Shown: positions 38,368-46,897 of the stretch, one piece after another
Layout: every line of letters starts with the position of its first letter
Numbering within the stretch: position 1 is the stretch's first letter
DNA from: a bacterium
GTDB lineage: Bacteria > Sysuimicrobiota > Sysuimicrobiia > Sysuimicrobiales > Kaftiobacteriaceae
Reading direction: 5' to 3'
Assembly (NCBI GenBank): GCA_044868695.1
Contig: JBIOWP010000053.1
Coordinates: 35,103-99,102, forward strand
Length of the DNA: 64,000 nucleotides
The notes under the pieces: model-generated
The model's database searches: none
What the model was told of the DNA's origin: nothing
The model's input: the letters and a program-made list of their open reading frames with translations, nothing else
Made by a program: the position numbers and the translations under genes

Positions 38368-39606
38368 ATGGATCTGATCATTCGCCGGGCCCGGCTGCGG
38401 GCGGATCCCCAGTCTCTGGTGGACATCGGGATCGACGGCGGCCGCGTGGTCGCGGTCGGCTCGGTGCCGCAGGATGCGGGCGCGAGCATCGATGCCGGGG
38501 GAGATCTGGTCACCGCGGCGTTTGTAAATCCGCACCTGCACCTGGACAAGGTCCATACGCTGGAGATGCTGGACGAGCAGGCTCTGCTCGCGTACCACGG
38601 GGAGGGGATGCGGGCGGCGGCCAGCGCCATCGATCTGGCGGCACGGATCAAGGCGCGATACGACCGGACCTGGATCCTGACCAACGTCCGCCGGGTCCTG
38701 GCTCAGGCCGTGCGGTTCGGGACGGTGCACCTGCGCGCGTTCGCTGATGTCGATCCTAAGGCCAGGCTCGAAGGGATCCACGCGCTGCTGCAGGCGCGGG
38801 CGGAGTGGGCCGATGCCATCACCATCGAGATCGTCGCCTTCCCGCAGGACGGGATTGTCAAAGAGCCCGGTGCAGCAGGCCTGGTCGCGGAGGCGGTGCG
38901 GCTCGGCGCCGACGTCGTGGGGGGCATTCCCTGGATCGAGCGAAGCGAAGCCGACGCCACGCGGCACATCGACGAGATGTTTGCCATTGCCAGGGACTTT
39001 GACCGCGATGTGTCGATGCTGGTGGACGATGCCGGGGATCCCGGGCTGCGCACCCTGGAGCTCCTGGCCCATGCGACGATCAGGCATGGCTGGCAGGGGC
39101 GGGTGATGGCGCACCACGCGCGTGCGATGGCCCTATATCCCGACGCCCAGGTGCGCGGTCTGGCCGTGTTGCTCCGTGATGCAGGGATCGCCGTTGTGAC
39201 CGATCCGCATACCGGCCCCCTGCACGCCCGCGTGGGAGAACTGCGTGACGCCGGCGTCATCGTCTGCTTGGGCCAGGACGACATCTCAGACGCGTACTAC
39301 CCCTTCGGTCGCAACAACATGCTGGAGGTCGCGTTCCTGGCCAGCCACCTGCTGTGGATGACCACGCGCGCCGGGATGGAAACCCTGTTTGACATGGTCA
39401 CCGTCGACGCGGCAAAGGCCGTAGGAGCCGATACCGCGGACCCTGTCGTCGGTGGGCCGGCGGACCTGGTCGTGCTGGCGGCCCCGTCGGTGGTTGAGGC
39501 CCTTCGTGCCCACGAGGCGCCGCGGTACGTAATCAGACAGGGCCAGGTCATCTCGCCGTGGGAGGGGTCTCCGCCCTCCGATGCGGGTATGAGTATCAGT
39601 AGATAG
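38368..39606 (+). CDS. Amidohydrolase, cytosine/creatinine deaminase-like
   Basis: NPHLHLDK, IVAFPQDG, ADVVGGIP, GQDD..D.YYPFG. Confidence 0.85.
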   Translation: MDLIIRRARLRADPQSLVDIGIDGGRVVAVGSVPQDAGASIDAGGDLVTAAFVNPHLHLDKVHTLEMLDEQALLAYHGEGMRAAASAIDLAARIKARYDRTWILTNVRRVLAQAVRFGTVHLRAFADVDPKARLEGIHALLQARAEWADAITIEIVAFPQDGIVKEPGAAGLVAEAVRLGADVVGGIPWIERSEADATRHIDEMFAIARDFDRDVSMLVDDAGDPGLRTLELLAHATIRHGWQGRVMAHHARAMALYPDAQVRGLAVLLRDAGIAVVTDPHTGPLHARVGELRDAGVIVCLGQDDISDAYYPFGRNNMLEVAFLASHLLWMTTRAGMETLFDMVTVDAAKAVGADTADPVVGGPADLVVLAAPSVVEALRAHEAPRYVIRQGQVISPWEGSPPSDAGMSISR

Positions 39607-39617
39607 GAGGCGAGACG

Positions 39618-40124
39618 ATGCGGTGGCTCATGATGACGCTCGTATTGGTCCTGGCCCTGAGTGCGGCCGTGCGGGCGCAGGCGACGTTTGTCGACGTGCC
39701 TCCCTGGCACTGGGCATTCGATGCCGTGCAGCAGGGCGCCTCACTCGGCATTTTCGAGGGGTATCCCACCAACGATCGCGACCAGGTCGCTAACGCCGTC
39801 GCGCAGGTCTACGAAGCATTCGCTCACGCCGGGCACCCCGCCGCACAAGGATGGGCGGAGCGGTTTCTGATCAACACGCCGGCGGGGTGGCCTGAGCCTC
39901 TCCGGCGCAGCCCTCTGGTGCGCTTCACGCTGGGAGAAGTCGGCGTGCGTGTGGCCGGCGACCAGGCCGTCGCGACGTTTGTGGCAGAAGCGACCGTTCG
40001 AGTCAACGGGACGACGTCCACCATCCGGTCCCCCCTGCAGCTGCGGGCGCAGAGGGACGAGGCGGGTCATTGGCGGATCGACTACGCTTCGCTGGCCGCA
40101 GGTCAGCCGCAACTCTTCCGGTAG
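39618..40124 (+). CDS. Secreted protein with S-layer homology (SLH)-like motif
   Basis: Signal peptide; [15 protein letters not shown]...GIFEGYP. Confidence 0.7.
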   Translation: MRWLMMTLVLVLALSAAVRAQATFVDVPPWHWAFDAVQQGASLGIFEGYPTNDRDQVANAVAQVYEAFAHAGHPAAQGWAERFLINTPAGWPEPLRRSPLVRFTLGEVGVRVAGDQAVATFVAEATVRVNGTTSTIRSPLQLRAQRDEAGHWRIDYASLAAGQPQLFR

Positions 40125-40233
40125 CCCGCGTGGCGAGCAGGACTGCCGGTCCCAGCCGGGGAATGGGGATGGCGGAATTTTCGTCCGGGGGCAACCACGG
40201 ATAGTTCAGGGGACGAAGGGCAGGGTGCGGTCG

Positions 40234-40440
40234 ATGGCAACGGGCACGGTCAAGTGGTTCAATGCCGAGAAGGGGTACGGATTCATCACGCCCGACGACG
40301 GCGGCAGGGACTTGTTCGTGCATTACACGGGCATCGAGGGTACCGGTTACCGGACATTGAGCGAGGGTCAGAAGGTCGAGTACGAGGCGACGCAGGGACA
40401 GAAGGGCCCCCAGGCCACGAAGGTCCGCCCCATCGCCTAG
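40234..40440 (+). CDS. Cold-shock protein (CspA family)
   Basis: [18 protein letters not shown]...DLFVHY...KGPQATKV. Confidence 0.97.
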   Translation: MATGTVKWFNAEKGYGFITPDDGGRDLFVHYTGIEGTGYRTLSEGQKVEYEATQGQKGPQATKVRPIA

Positions 40441-40467
40441 CCCCGCCTGCTGCGTTCTAGCGCTCTT

Positions 40468-40509
40468 GGCGCCCCGCGGTCCGACTCCAGGATCCGCGGG
40501 GTCGTTTTT
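40468..40509 (+). terminator. Probable intrinsic terminator of csp
   Basis: CCCCGCGG...CCGCGGGG stem followed by TCGTTTTT. Confidence 0.65.
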
Positions 40510-40525
40510 CCCCACACCCTTGTTC

Positions 40526-40545
40526 GATGACTCATTTGAGTCATC
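40526..40545. promoter_or_regulatory. Perfect palindrome, candidate operator
   Basis: GATGACTCA-TT-TGAGTCATC in AT-rich intergenic DNA upstream of the propeptide/TPR operon. Confidence 0.55.
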
Positions 40546-40636
40546 TCCGGCGGATTTCATTTCTAGTGAATATGAGGAGAGGATATTCAGTCCATGTGAC
40601 GAACACCAGAACCGGGAGGGCGAGAGGAGGCTCTCC

Positions 40637-40768
40637 ATGCGAAAGGTCGTTGCGGTGCTGTTGCTTGCGGTGGTCTTCCCGTGGATCCAGCCGTCGGTGT
40701 CGGGTGCGGCACCGGCGGGGCGGGCGGGTGCCGAGCCTGCCGGACACGGAGGCGGCGAACTCCTCTAA
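40637..40768 (+). CDS. 43-aa secreted peptide, candidate RRNPP-type propeptide
   Basis: GAGGAGG RBS; MRKVVAVLLLAVVFPWIQPSVSGAAPAGRAGAEPAGHGGGELL; basic N-terminus, hydrophobic core, short polar tail; adjacent to HTH-TPR gene. Confidence 0.7.
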   Translation: MRKVVAVLLLAVVFPWIQPSVSGAAPAGRAGAEPAGHGGGELL

Positions 40769-40830
40769 GAGGGCGCATGCGGCTGCGAAAGGACCGCCGG
40801 CGGCGGGGATCCGCGGCGGTGGAGGGCACT

Positions 40831-42123
40831 GTGACGCTGGGGCAGCGGATCAAGGCGGCGCGTCGGACGCGCGGCATGACCCAGCGTGAGCTTGCCTCCG
40901 GGGAGTGCTCGATCAGCCTCATCAGCATGGTCGAGCACGGCCGGGTCCGTCCATCGTTGTCCATGCTGCGCATGCTGGCCGAGCGGCTGGGTCTGCCGCT
41001 CAGCCACTTTCTCGATGGCGAGGGCACGCCGGCTCCTGCGCTCCTGCTCCAGCGGGCCGAGGCGCTGCTGCGGCAACACAGGTTCGCCGAGGCGCTGGAG
41101 GCGTTCGAGGGGGCGCGGACCGGGGGAGATAGTCTCCATCAGGCGCGCTGCGAGCTGGGGATGGGCCAAGCCCTGGCCGGCCTCCGGCGCTTTGAAGGTG
41201 CTGCGCGGCACCTAGCTCGGGCGGCGGAGGTGGCCTCGTCGTCGCACGACCCTGAGCTCATCGCCTCGGTCGCCAATGCCCAGGGATTTTTCGCGTTTCG
41301 CGCGCGGCGCTTTGCGGCGGCGCAGGAATTGTTTGAAGACGCGCTCATCCGACTGCGTGCGGCCGGGCTGCAGCAGACGGAGGTCTACGGCAAGCTGCTG
41401 GCCAACGCCGGCCGCGCCGCGATCGAGCTCGGTCTCCCCGCTCAGGCGCTGGAGTATTTCAGGCAGGCGTCCGACACGCTGGCCGCCGCGGCCGATCCCT
41501 ACCATCTCGGGCTGCTGTACTACAACCTGGGTGTGGCCTGGGAGCAGCAGCAGTCGTTTGAGCGCGCCCACGAATCTCTGCAAAAGGCCGCCCATCTGTT
41601 CATGGTACACGAGAACGCGCGGCTGCTGGGAATGGTGAAACGTAGCCTCGGGATGCTGCACCTCGAGCACGGCGCAGTCGACGCCGCTCGCAGTGCGCTC
41701 GAGGAAAGCCTCCGGCTGGCGGGTCAGAGCGGCGATGACGAAGGGACGGCCCAGACACTCGTGGAGATCGCCCGGCTGCGCGTCCGCGAGGGAGACGCGG
41801 CTGCCGCCGAGCGCGCGGCGTCTGAAGCCGAAGCGCTGGCCCTTCGGATTCATGATGATGCGGAAGTGGCACGGGCCAAGGCAGCGCTGGCGGAGGCGCT
41901 GGCCGCCTCAGGTCGTGCCCACGACGCCGTCGCGAGCTACGAGGACGCCGTGGCGGCATTCTCTCACTTGGGGATGACCGGTGAGGCGATCCGGGTGAGC
42001 CGCGACCTCGGGTTCCTCCTGCTGAAGGAGGGCACCCCCGACCGCGCGGCCCACTGGTTTGCCCGGGCATTTGACCTGCAGCGCGGAAGACCGGACGGCC
42101 GGTTGGCCGGTGAGAGAGGATGA
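40831..42123 (+). CDS. XRE-HTH + tetratricopeptide-repeat transcriptional regulator (RRNPP/NprR-like architecture)
   Basis: LGQRIKAARRTRGMTQRELA...ISMVEHGRVRPSL; multiple TPRs (e.g. LYYNLGVAWEQQQSFERA); start may be ATG 40777. Confidence 0.85.
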   Translation: MTLGQRIKAARRTRGMTQRELASGECSISLISMVEHGRVRPSLSMLRMLAERLGLPLSHFLDGEGTPAPALLLQRAEALLRQHRFAEALEAFEGARTGGDSLHQARCELGMGQALAGLRRFEGAARHLARAAEVASSSHDPELIASVANAQGFFAFRARRFAAAQELFEDALIRLRAAGLQQTEVYGKLLANAGRAAIELGLPAQALEYFRQASDTLAAAADPYHLGLLYYNLGVAWEQQQSFERAHESLQKAAHLFMVHENARLLGMVKRSLGMLHLEHGAVDAARSALEESLRLAGQSGDDEGTAQTLVEIARLRVREGDAAAAERAASEAEALALRIHDDAEVARAKAALAEALAASGRAHDAVASYEDAVAAFSHLGMTGEAIRVSRDLGFLLLKEGTPDRAAHWFARAFDLQRGRPDGRLAGERG

Positions 42124-42527
42124 CACAATCCGCACGCGGGACCGCGGAGGCGCCTGGGGACCCCCGCGATCCACGCGGTGTGCAGTCGCTGATGCGGGTG
42201 ACCGCCGGCGCCGCCTCAGGCGGACCGCCGATTCGCCTGCGCGTGGCGCGCGGGCGGGTCGAGGAAGTGCTGTGCGAAGTCGACCTGGACGGAGTCCGCT
42301 ACACGCTGCTGCGGGTGCGGCCGCAGGGGTCGGCGATCGGTCTCAGCCGCCGCGAGCGGGAGGTGGCCTCGCTGGTTGCCGCGGGGCTACCGACCAAGGC
42401 GATCGCCAGAGCGCTGTCGATCAGTGCCTGGACGGTATGCTCGCACCTGCGCCGCGTCTACGCCCGCCTCGGCGTCGGGTCCCGGGCGGCCATGGTGGCT
42501 AGATTACTCGAAGAGGGTCTCTTGTAG
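42120..42527 (+). CDS. LuxR-type HTH regulator without receiver domain
   Basis: LSRREREVASLVAAGLPTKAIARALSISAWTVCSHLRRVYARLGVGSR. Confidence 0.85.
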   Translation: MTQSARGTAEAPGDPRDPRGVQSLMRVTAGAASGGPPIRLRVARGRVEEVLCEVDLDGVRYTLLRVRPQGSAIGLSRREREVASLVAAGLPTKAIARALSISAWTVCSHLRRVYARLGVGSRAAMVARLLEEGLL

Positions 42528-42563
42528 GAATCCCTCGACAACGGGAAACGCGCGGGCCAAGGG

Positions 42564-42641
42564 ATTGCGAATTGTGAATTGACAATTGCGGATTGAACTT
42601 CAGGGTTTCAAATTCGCAATCGTCAATTCGCAATCCGAAAT
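42564..42641. repeat. Inverted array of 7-bp tandem repeats (ATTGCGA/TCGCAAT type)
   Basis: ATTGCGA ATTGTGA ATTGACA ATTGCGG ... TCGCAAT CGTCAAT TCGCAAT CCGAAAT between convergent genes. Confidence 0.85.
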
Positions 42642-42644
42642 GGT

Positions 42645-43544
42645 CTAGTGGAGCTTCTGGTCGCGCGCGCCCGGCACATCGCAGTACCAGGCGGCCAGGC
42701 GGGCAAAGGACAGGATCGGCGGCAGCGAGGCGCGGATGGAGGCGGCGATGCGCTCCGGCGCCGCCAGCCCGCTGCCGGTGAGCAGCTGCCACCGTGACTC
42801 CACCGCCGCGCCGAGGTGCAGGGCCAGTTCCATCGTCACCAGGTTTGCGTCGACCAGGGGCACGAAGACCTCCCACCGCCGGCTGGGCCGCGGGATGTCG
42901 AAGATGTTGAGCATCGCCTTCGCGATGCCCGTGGCGGCGCCGGCGGCGTTGGCGAACCAGCCAATGATCTGCCCCAGCGACTCCGGATCATGCCCCGCCG
43001 CGTCGGCGTTGCGGGTCGCGGCCTCCAGGACCGCCGAGGAGGCCAGGATGCGCGCCAGCCGCCACCCGATGCGGACGGGATCGAGCGGCCGGGGAGGCTG
43101 AGGCAGCACAAAACCCGGGCTGCCGGGCAGGCCGGGGCCGAGGTTGCGTGCCTGTTGGATGGCTTCCTTCGCATCCTCGAGAATCGACGCCTTCTCGTGA
43201 TCCATCCGGGCGGCCGCCAGCGCACGGAACGCGTCCGCCGCTTCGGGGTGATTCGTGACGATCGGCTGCGCGCCGGTCAGGATCTCGTGAATCACCGGCA
43301 GGATGTGCGTGTTCAGCGCAAACGGCATCAGGATCCCCGGCGCATCGTCCAGCGGATTCGCGCCGCCCAGCCGCTCCAAATAGTCGGTCATCTCATCTTC
43401 GGTGAGGCGGTCTAAGAACAGCAGCGCGATTTCGATGTCGCTGTCTGCCCAGGTGCGCTCGTCGGCGTACTTCCCGTACAGGTACACGGCGGCGACGTCG
43501 GGTTCATGGGCGAAAAAGGCCTTGAGAGCAGAGAAGGCGCTCAC
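42645..43544 (-). CDS. Fusion of minimal nucleotidyltransferase-like and DUF86/HEPN-like domains, both with degenerate catalytic motifs
   Basis: VAAVYLYGKYA......SDIEIALL (cf. FGS.A......SD.D.A); C-terminal IPRPSRRWEVF..L.....ELALHLGAAVESRWQLLT resembles DUF86. Confidence 0.6.
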   Translation of the reverse strand: MSAFSALKAFFAHEPDVAAVYLYGKYADERTWADSDIEIALLFLDRLTEDEMTDYLERLGGANPLDDAPGILMPFALNTHILPVIHEILTGAQPIVTNHPEAADAFRALAAARMDHEKASILEDAKEAIQQARNLGPGLPGSPGFVLPQPPRPLDPVRIGWRLARILASSAVLEAATRNADAAGHDPESLGQIIGWFANAAGAATGIAKAMLNIFDIPRPSRRWEVFVPLVDANLVTMELALHLGAAVESRWQLLTGSGLAAPERIAASIRASLPPILSFARLAAWYCDVPGARDQKLH

Positions 43545-43603
43545 GCCACCATCGTACTACCGGACTCATCAATTGCGGGGTTTGAATTGCGGATTGTGAG
43601 ACT

Positions 43604-44017
43604 TCATTCCGCGCTCATGCGCGGGAGACTCTCCCGGACGGCGGCGAGCAGTTCCATCGGGTTGAACGGCTTGGTCAGGATGCGGTCGGCTCCGGACTGC
43701 TGCGCGCGGGTCAGCATCTGCGGGGTCCCGAACCCCGTGATCAGCACCACCCGGATCGCCGGGAGTTTGGCCTTGGCATGCTCGAGCACCTCGAGGCCGG
43801 AGATCCCGGGCATGCGGATGTCGGAGATCATCAGATCGAACGCATCCTGCTGTAGCCTGACAAGCGCGTCCTCCCCGCTGGGCGCGGTCGTGACGGTGTA
43901 TCCGGCGCGGGTCAACACCCGGGCGCACAGGTCGCGGATCGACTCTTCGTCGTCAACGACCAGGATGCGCGCGGCAGCCACTCTGGAGGGCTGCGCCGAC
44001 TGCACGGGGCCGTTCAT
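43604..44017 (-). CDS. Single-domain response regulator (REC)
   Basis: [24 protein letters not shown]. Confidence 0.92.
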   Translation of the reverse strand: MNGPVQSAQPSRVAAARILVVDDEESIRDLCARVLTRAGYTVTTAPSGEDALVRLQQDAFDLMISDIRMPGISGLEVLEHAKAKLPAIRVVLITGFGTPQMLTRAQQSGADRILTKPFNPMELLAAVRESLPRMSAE

Positions 44018-45966
44018 GCGTGGGCCACCGGCAGGGTGATGGTGAAGCGCGTCCCCCGGCCGGGCGCGCTGTTGACCGCGATCGACCCACCGTGCCGCTC
44101 CACGATGCGCTTGCTGATCGGCAGGCCGAGCCCCGTACCTTTGCCGTCCTCCTTCGTGGTGAAGAACGGATCGAAGATGCGGTCGAGCTGTTCCGTCGGG
44201 ATGCCGACGCCGGTGTCCTGGAAGGCGATCTCGACCCGCGGGCCGGTCCCGTTGCCGCCGACCTCGCGGGTGGTGATTTCAACGGCACCGCCATCCGGCA
44301 TCGCATCGATGGCGTTGTTGAGGATGTTGATGAACACCTGTTTGAGCTGGTTGAGGTCGCCCATGATCTGGCGGACCGAGGGATCCAGCTTCGACGCGAT
44401 GCTGACGTTCTGGGTCTCTGCCCGGCGGCGGATCAGCGGCAGCACGCTTTCGATGGCCTCGTTGATGTGGGTCTGCTCCATCGCCGAGTCGGTCTGGCGA
44501 GCGTAGCCCAGCAGGTCGCGCACGATGGCGCGCGCGCGCAGGGCTTCCTTTTCGATGACTTCCAGGTCGGCCCGTTTGGTATCGTCCGCCGCGGTTTCGC
44601 TGAGGATAAGGGAGGCGTAGCCCAACACGCTGGTCAGCGGGTTGTTGATCTCGTGCGCGATGAACGCCGCGAGTTCGCCGATCGTGGCCAGCTTGGCGGA
44701 CTGCATCAACTGGAACTGCGTTTGCTCCAGCATCGCCATCTGCCGCTGGAGGTTGCTGAACAGCTGCGCCTTCTCCACCGCCACCGCTGCCTGGCTGGCC
44801 ATGGTGGACAGCAGGTTCGTCTCCTGAGGGGACAGCACCTGGCGTGTCCCGACGATGACCAGACCCACCGCTCGCTCGCCGACCGCCATGGGGATGGCCA
44901 CCACCATGGTGTCGTAGCGCAGCGGGCCGTATTGGGTCAGCTGGGTGATTTCCTCGGTGTGCTCTGCCTGCCGGTAGACCTGCGGTCCCCGCAACTGGAG
45001 CAGGCGGCGGAGGGCAGGATCCGCGGCGCTCCGCTGAAACGGCGGAAACTCCTCTTCCGCGGTGCGCCACAGCCCGAACTCGATCGTGTCCGTGGCAGGG
45101 CTGTAGACGCCGACCCCAACCACGTCGACCGAGGGGATCTTGCGCACCTGGGCGTGCAGCGCGTCGTACACCTGCGCCAGGTCCAGGCTGCTGGTGAGCG
45201 CCCGCGCCAGTTCATTCAGGCTGGCCAGTTGCTGTGCCCGGCCCTCGGCCTCCTGCTTGCTGCGCTGGATGCGCTCGGCGTCCTCGATCTGCATGCGCAG
45301 CATCTGGGAGAGGCCGATCAGCGGGAGCATCAACAGCACCGTGCGCCAGGGGTTGACGATCCAGAAGTCTGCCACCACCGCGCCCAGCCAGATCAGCACC
45401 ATCTCCCGGTAGAAGCTCGACCGCGAGATGACCCCAACTTGCCCAAAGGGCTTGTTGGCGGCGAGGGTGATGGCGAGCGTGACCAGCGCGCCGTTCACAG
45501 CGTAGAAGATTGTGCCGGCGAGGAATGCCGCCGCATACCACTGGATTGCCAGGACGCCTTCGGCTGCGGCCGGCCGGGTCAGTGTCCAGACCGCCTCGGC
45601 CATCGCGACGGAGAGGATGTGCTGGGCGATGTTGAACGCCCCCTGGTACCAGGGCAGTTCGCGCCGCTTGAACCAGTACGCGGAGAAGGTGATGAGGACG
45701 AGGACAATGGTGTTTCCAATGGGGAACAGCAGAATGGTGGCGACGATGACGGCGTTGATCAGCGACCAGGCGATGCCCTGGCGGCCGGGCATGATGACCC
45801 GGACGCCGACCAGCTGGGTGAGGAGCGCCGTGCCGATGAAGACGAAGAAGGGCAGGTCCAGCCGCGCCGCCGCCCCCGGGAGCTGCGGCAGCACCGCCGC
45901 GAGGACGCCGCCGGCGATGATGACGCCGAGGACGTAAATCCGGGCTGGCAGAGAAAGGTTTTTCAT
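44014..45966 (-). CDS. Sensor histidine kinase with multi-TM N-terminal sensor and GAF domain (NtrB-like transmitter)
   Basis: About 7 TM segments in first 220 aa; [45 protein letters not shown]. Confidence 0.92.
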   Translation of the reverse strand: MKNLSLPARIYVLGVIIAGGVLAAVLPQLPGAAARLDLPFFVFIGTALLTQLVGVRVIMPGRQGIAWSLINAVIVATILLFPIGNTIVLVLITFSAYWFKRRELPWYQGAFNIAQHILSVAMAEAVWTLTRPAAAEGVLAIQWYAAAFLAGTIFYAVNGALVTLAITLAANKPFGQVGVISRSSFYREMVLIWLGAVVADFWIVNPWRTVLLMLPLIGLSQMLRMQIEDAERIQRSKQEAEGRAQQLASLNELARALTSSLDLAQVYDALHAQVRKIPSVDVVGVGVYSPATDTIEFGLWRTAEEEFPPFQRSAADPALRRLLQLRGPQVYRQAEHTEEITQLTQYGPLRYDTMVVAIPMAVGERAVGLVIVGTRQVLSPQETNLLSTMASQAAVAVEKAQLFSNLQRQMAMLEQTQFQLMQSAKLATIGELAAFIAHEINNPLTSVLGYASLILSETAADDTKRADLEVIEKEALRARAIVRDLLGYARQTDSAMEQTHINEAIESVLPLIRRRAETQNVSIASKLDPSVRQIMGDLNQLKQVFINILNNAIDAMPDGGAVEITTREVGGNGTGPRVEIAFQDTGVGIPTEQLDRIFDPFFTTKEDGKGTGLGLPISKRIVERHGGSIAVNSAPGRGTRFTITLPVAHA

Positions 45967-46051
45967 CGGTGTACCATCATGAACGCAAATGGCCCGGGGG
46001 CCGCCCGGTCAGACCCGGCGGCCGCCGGGATGGACTCCGAGATTAGATTAG

Positions 46052-46077
46052 CCCCTGGCGGGGTGGCCCGCCAGGGG
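46052..46077 (-). terminator. Stem-loop right after peptide gene 2 (attenuator or mRNA stabiliser)
   Basis: CCCCTGGCGGG-GTGG-CCCGCCAGGGG 11-bp stem; no clear U-tract. Confidence 0.5.
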
Positions 46078-46084
46078 GCGCGGT

Positions 46085-46234
46085 CTACTCCCAGGCTTCG
46101 CTGGCTGCGTCGAACATTTCCCAGGTCGCCGACTCCCAGGTCGCTGACTCCCAGGTGGCGGAGCCCCAGGATACCGATGCCGCCGCGAACATCGCGAGTG
46201 CGAACGTGACTGCGGCGGCCAGAATCTTTCTCAT
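46085..46234 (-). CDS. 49-aa secreted SATWE-repeat peptide, copy 2
   Basis: GGGAGGG RBS; MRKILAAAVTFALAMFAAA-SVSWG-SATWE-SATWE-SATWE-MFDAA-SEAWE. Confidence 0.88.
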   Translation of the reverse strand: MRKILAAAVTFALAMFAAASVSWGSATWESATWESATWEMFDAASEAWE

Positions 46235-46282
46235 CGTCGATCCCTCCCGTGGGTCGAATCGCGTTGCTACCCATAGAATGGA

Positions 46283-46297
46283 GCAAGATTGGTGCCA
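46283..46297 (-). promoter_or_regulatory. Sigma54 -24/-12 promoter for peptide copy 2 and kinase operon
   Basis: TGGCAC-CAATC-TTGC on minus strand. Confidence 0.85.
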
Positions 46298-46395
46298 CAA
46301 CGCCCGGGAAATGCCCACTTTCAAGAAGCTTCCGAGAATTGTTATGCCCGAATCTGAGGGGGTCGAGCGCGGGACCAGGGGGGCCGGCCGGACAA

Positions 46396-46430
46396 CACGA
46401 CGAGGGGGTCCGGTGGACCCCCTCGTCGTG
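46396..46430 (-). terminator. Perfect 16-bp stem-loop after peptide gene 1
   Basis: CACGACGAGGGGGTCC-GGT-GGACCCCCTCGTCGTG. Confidence 0.6.
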
Positions 46431-46460
46431 ACATGCGTGATGTCTCAGACCTTCGGCGAT

Positions 46461-46610
46461 CTACTCCCAGGCTTCGCTGGCTGCGTCGAACATTTCCCAG
46501 GTCGCCGACTCCCAGGTCGCGGACTCCCAGGTGGCGGAGCCCCACGACACGGAGCTGGCAGCGGCCAGCATCAGGATCGAGAGCGCGAAGGCGGCAATGA
46601 CTTTCCGCAT
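46461..46610 (-). CDS. 49-aa secreted SATWE-repeat peptide, copy 1
   Basis: GAGGAG RBS; MRKVIAAFALSILMLAAAS-SVSWG-SATWE-SATWE-SATWE-MFDAA-SEAWE. Confidence 0.88.
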   Translation of the reverse strand: MRKVIAAFALSILMLAAASSVSWGSATWESATWESATWEMFDAASEAWE

Positions 46611-46722
46611 TGATTTACTCCTCTTTTTCGCGGGATAGACCCGCCATCTCGCCGGTGAGGAACCGCATGAATGCTGCCTTCCGAATCGAGATGTCAATCG
46701 GTCTCCACAAGACGGCTCGCTG

Positions 46723-46751
46723 ACTGTAACACACGTCACACACACTGTCAA
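46723..46751 (-). promoter_or_regulatory. Sigma70-type promoter for peptide copy 1
   Basis: TTGACA (46751-46746)-N17-TACAGT (46728-46723) with extended TG. Confidence 0.7.
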
Positions 46752-46831
46752 CGCAACTTCTGTTCCGTTCACCCTGTCTATCGACACCCTACCCAAAAGC
46801 TTGAGCCGGTAGGCCAGCCGACACCTCCCGG

Positions 46832-46846
46832 TGGCACCGGAGTTGC
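46832..46846 (+). promoter_or_regulatory. Sigma54 -24/-12 promoter
   Basis: TGGCAC-CGGAG-TTGC upstream of FlgN-like gene. Confidence 0.85.
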
Positions 46847-46897
46847 TCTTACTCCTCGCGGACCATTCCCACCTCAACGATGCGAGGGTGTCAGGCG

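Noticed and set aside
44020..46209. 729-aa plus-strand ORF (likewise 49601..51835-, 13217..15109-, 17814..19388-, 9803..11263+)
   Set aside because: Antisense or alternate-frame shadows of well-supported genes, expected in high-GC DNA; no recognisable motifs
46085..46545. 15-nt repeats (GACTCCCAGGTCGC-like) as a CRISPR array or DNA-level repeat
   Set aside because: No spacers or cas genes; the repeats are in-frame codons for SATWE with synonymous variation
46085..46610. SATWE peptides as RiPP precursors
   Set aside because: The leaders look like ordinary Sec signal peptides, and no radical SAM, YcaO, prenyltransferase or peptidase-transporter gene is nearby; distant enzymes cannot be excluded
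46692..46697. Second TTGACA on the minus strand as another promoter (likewise 37932-37937)
   Set aside because: No convincing -10 hexamer at 16-18 nt spacing
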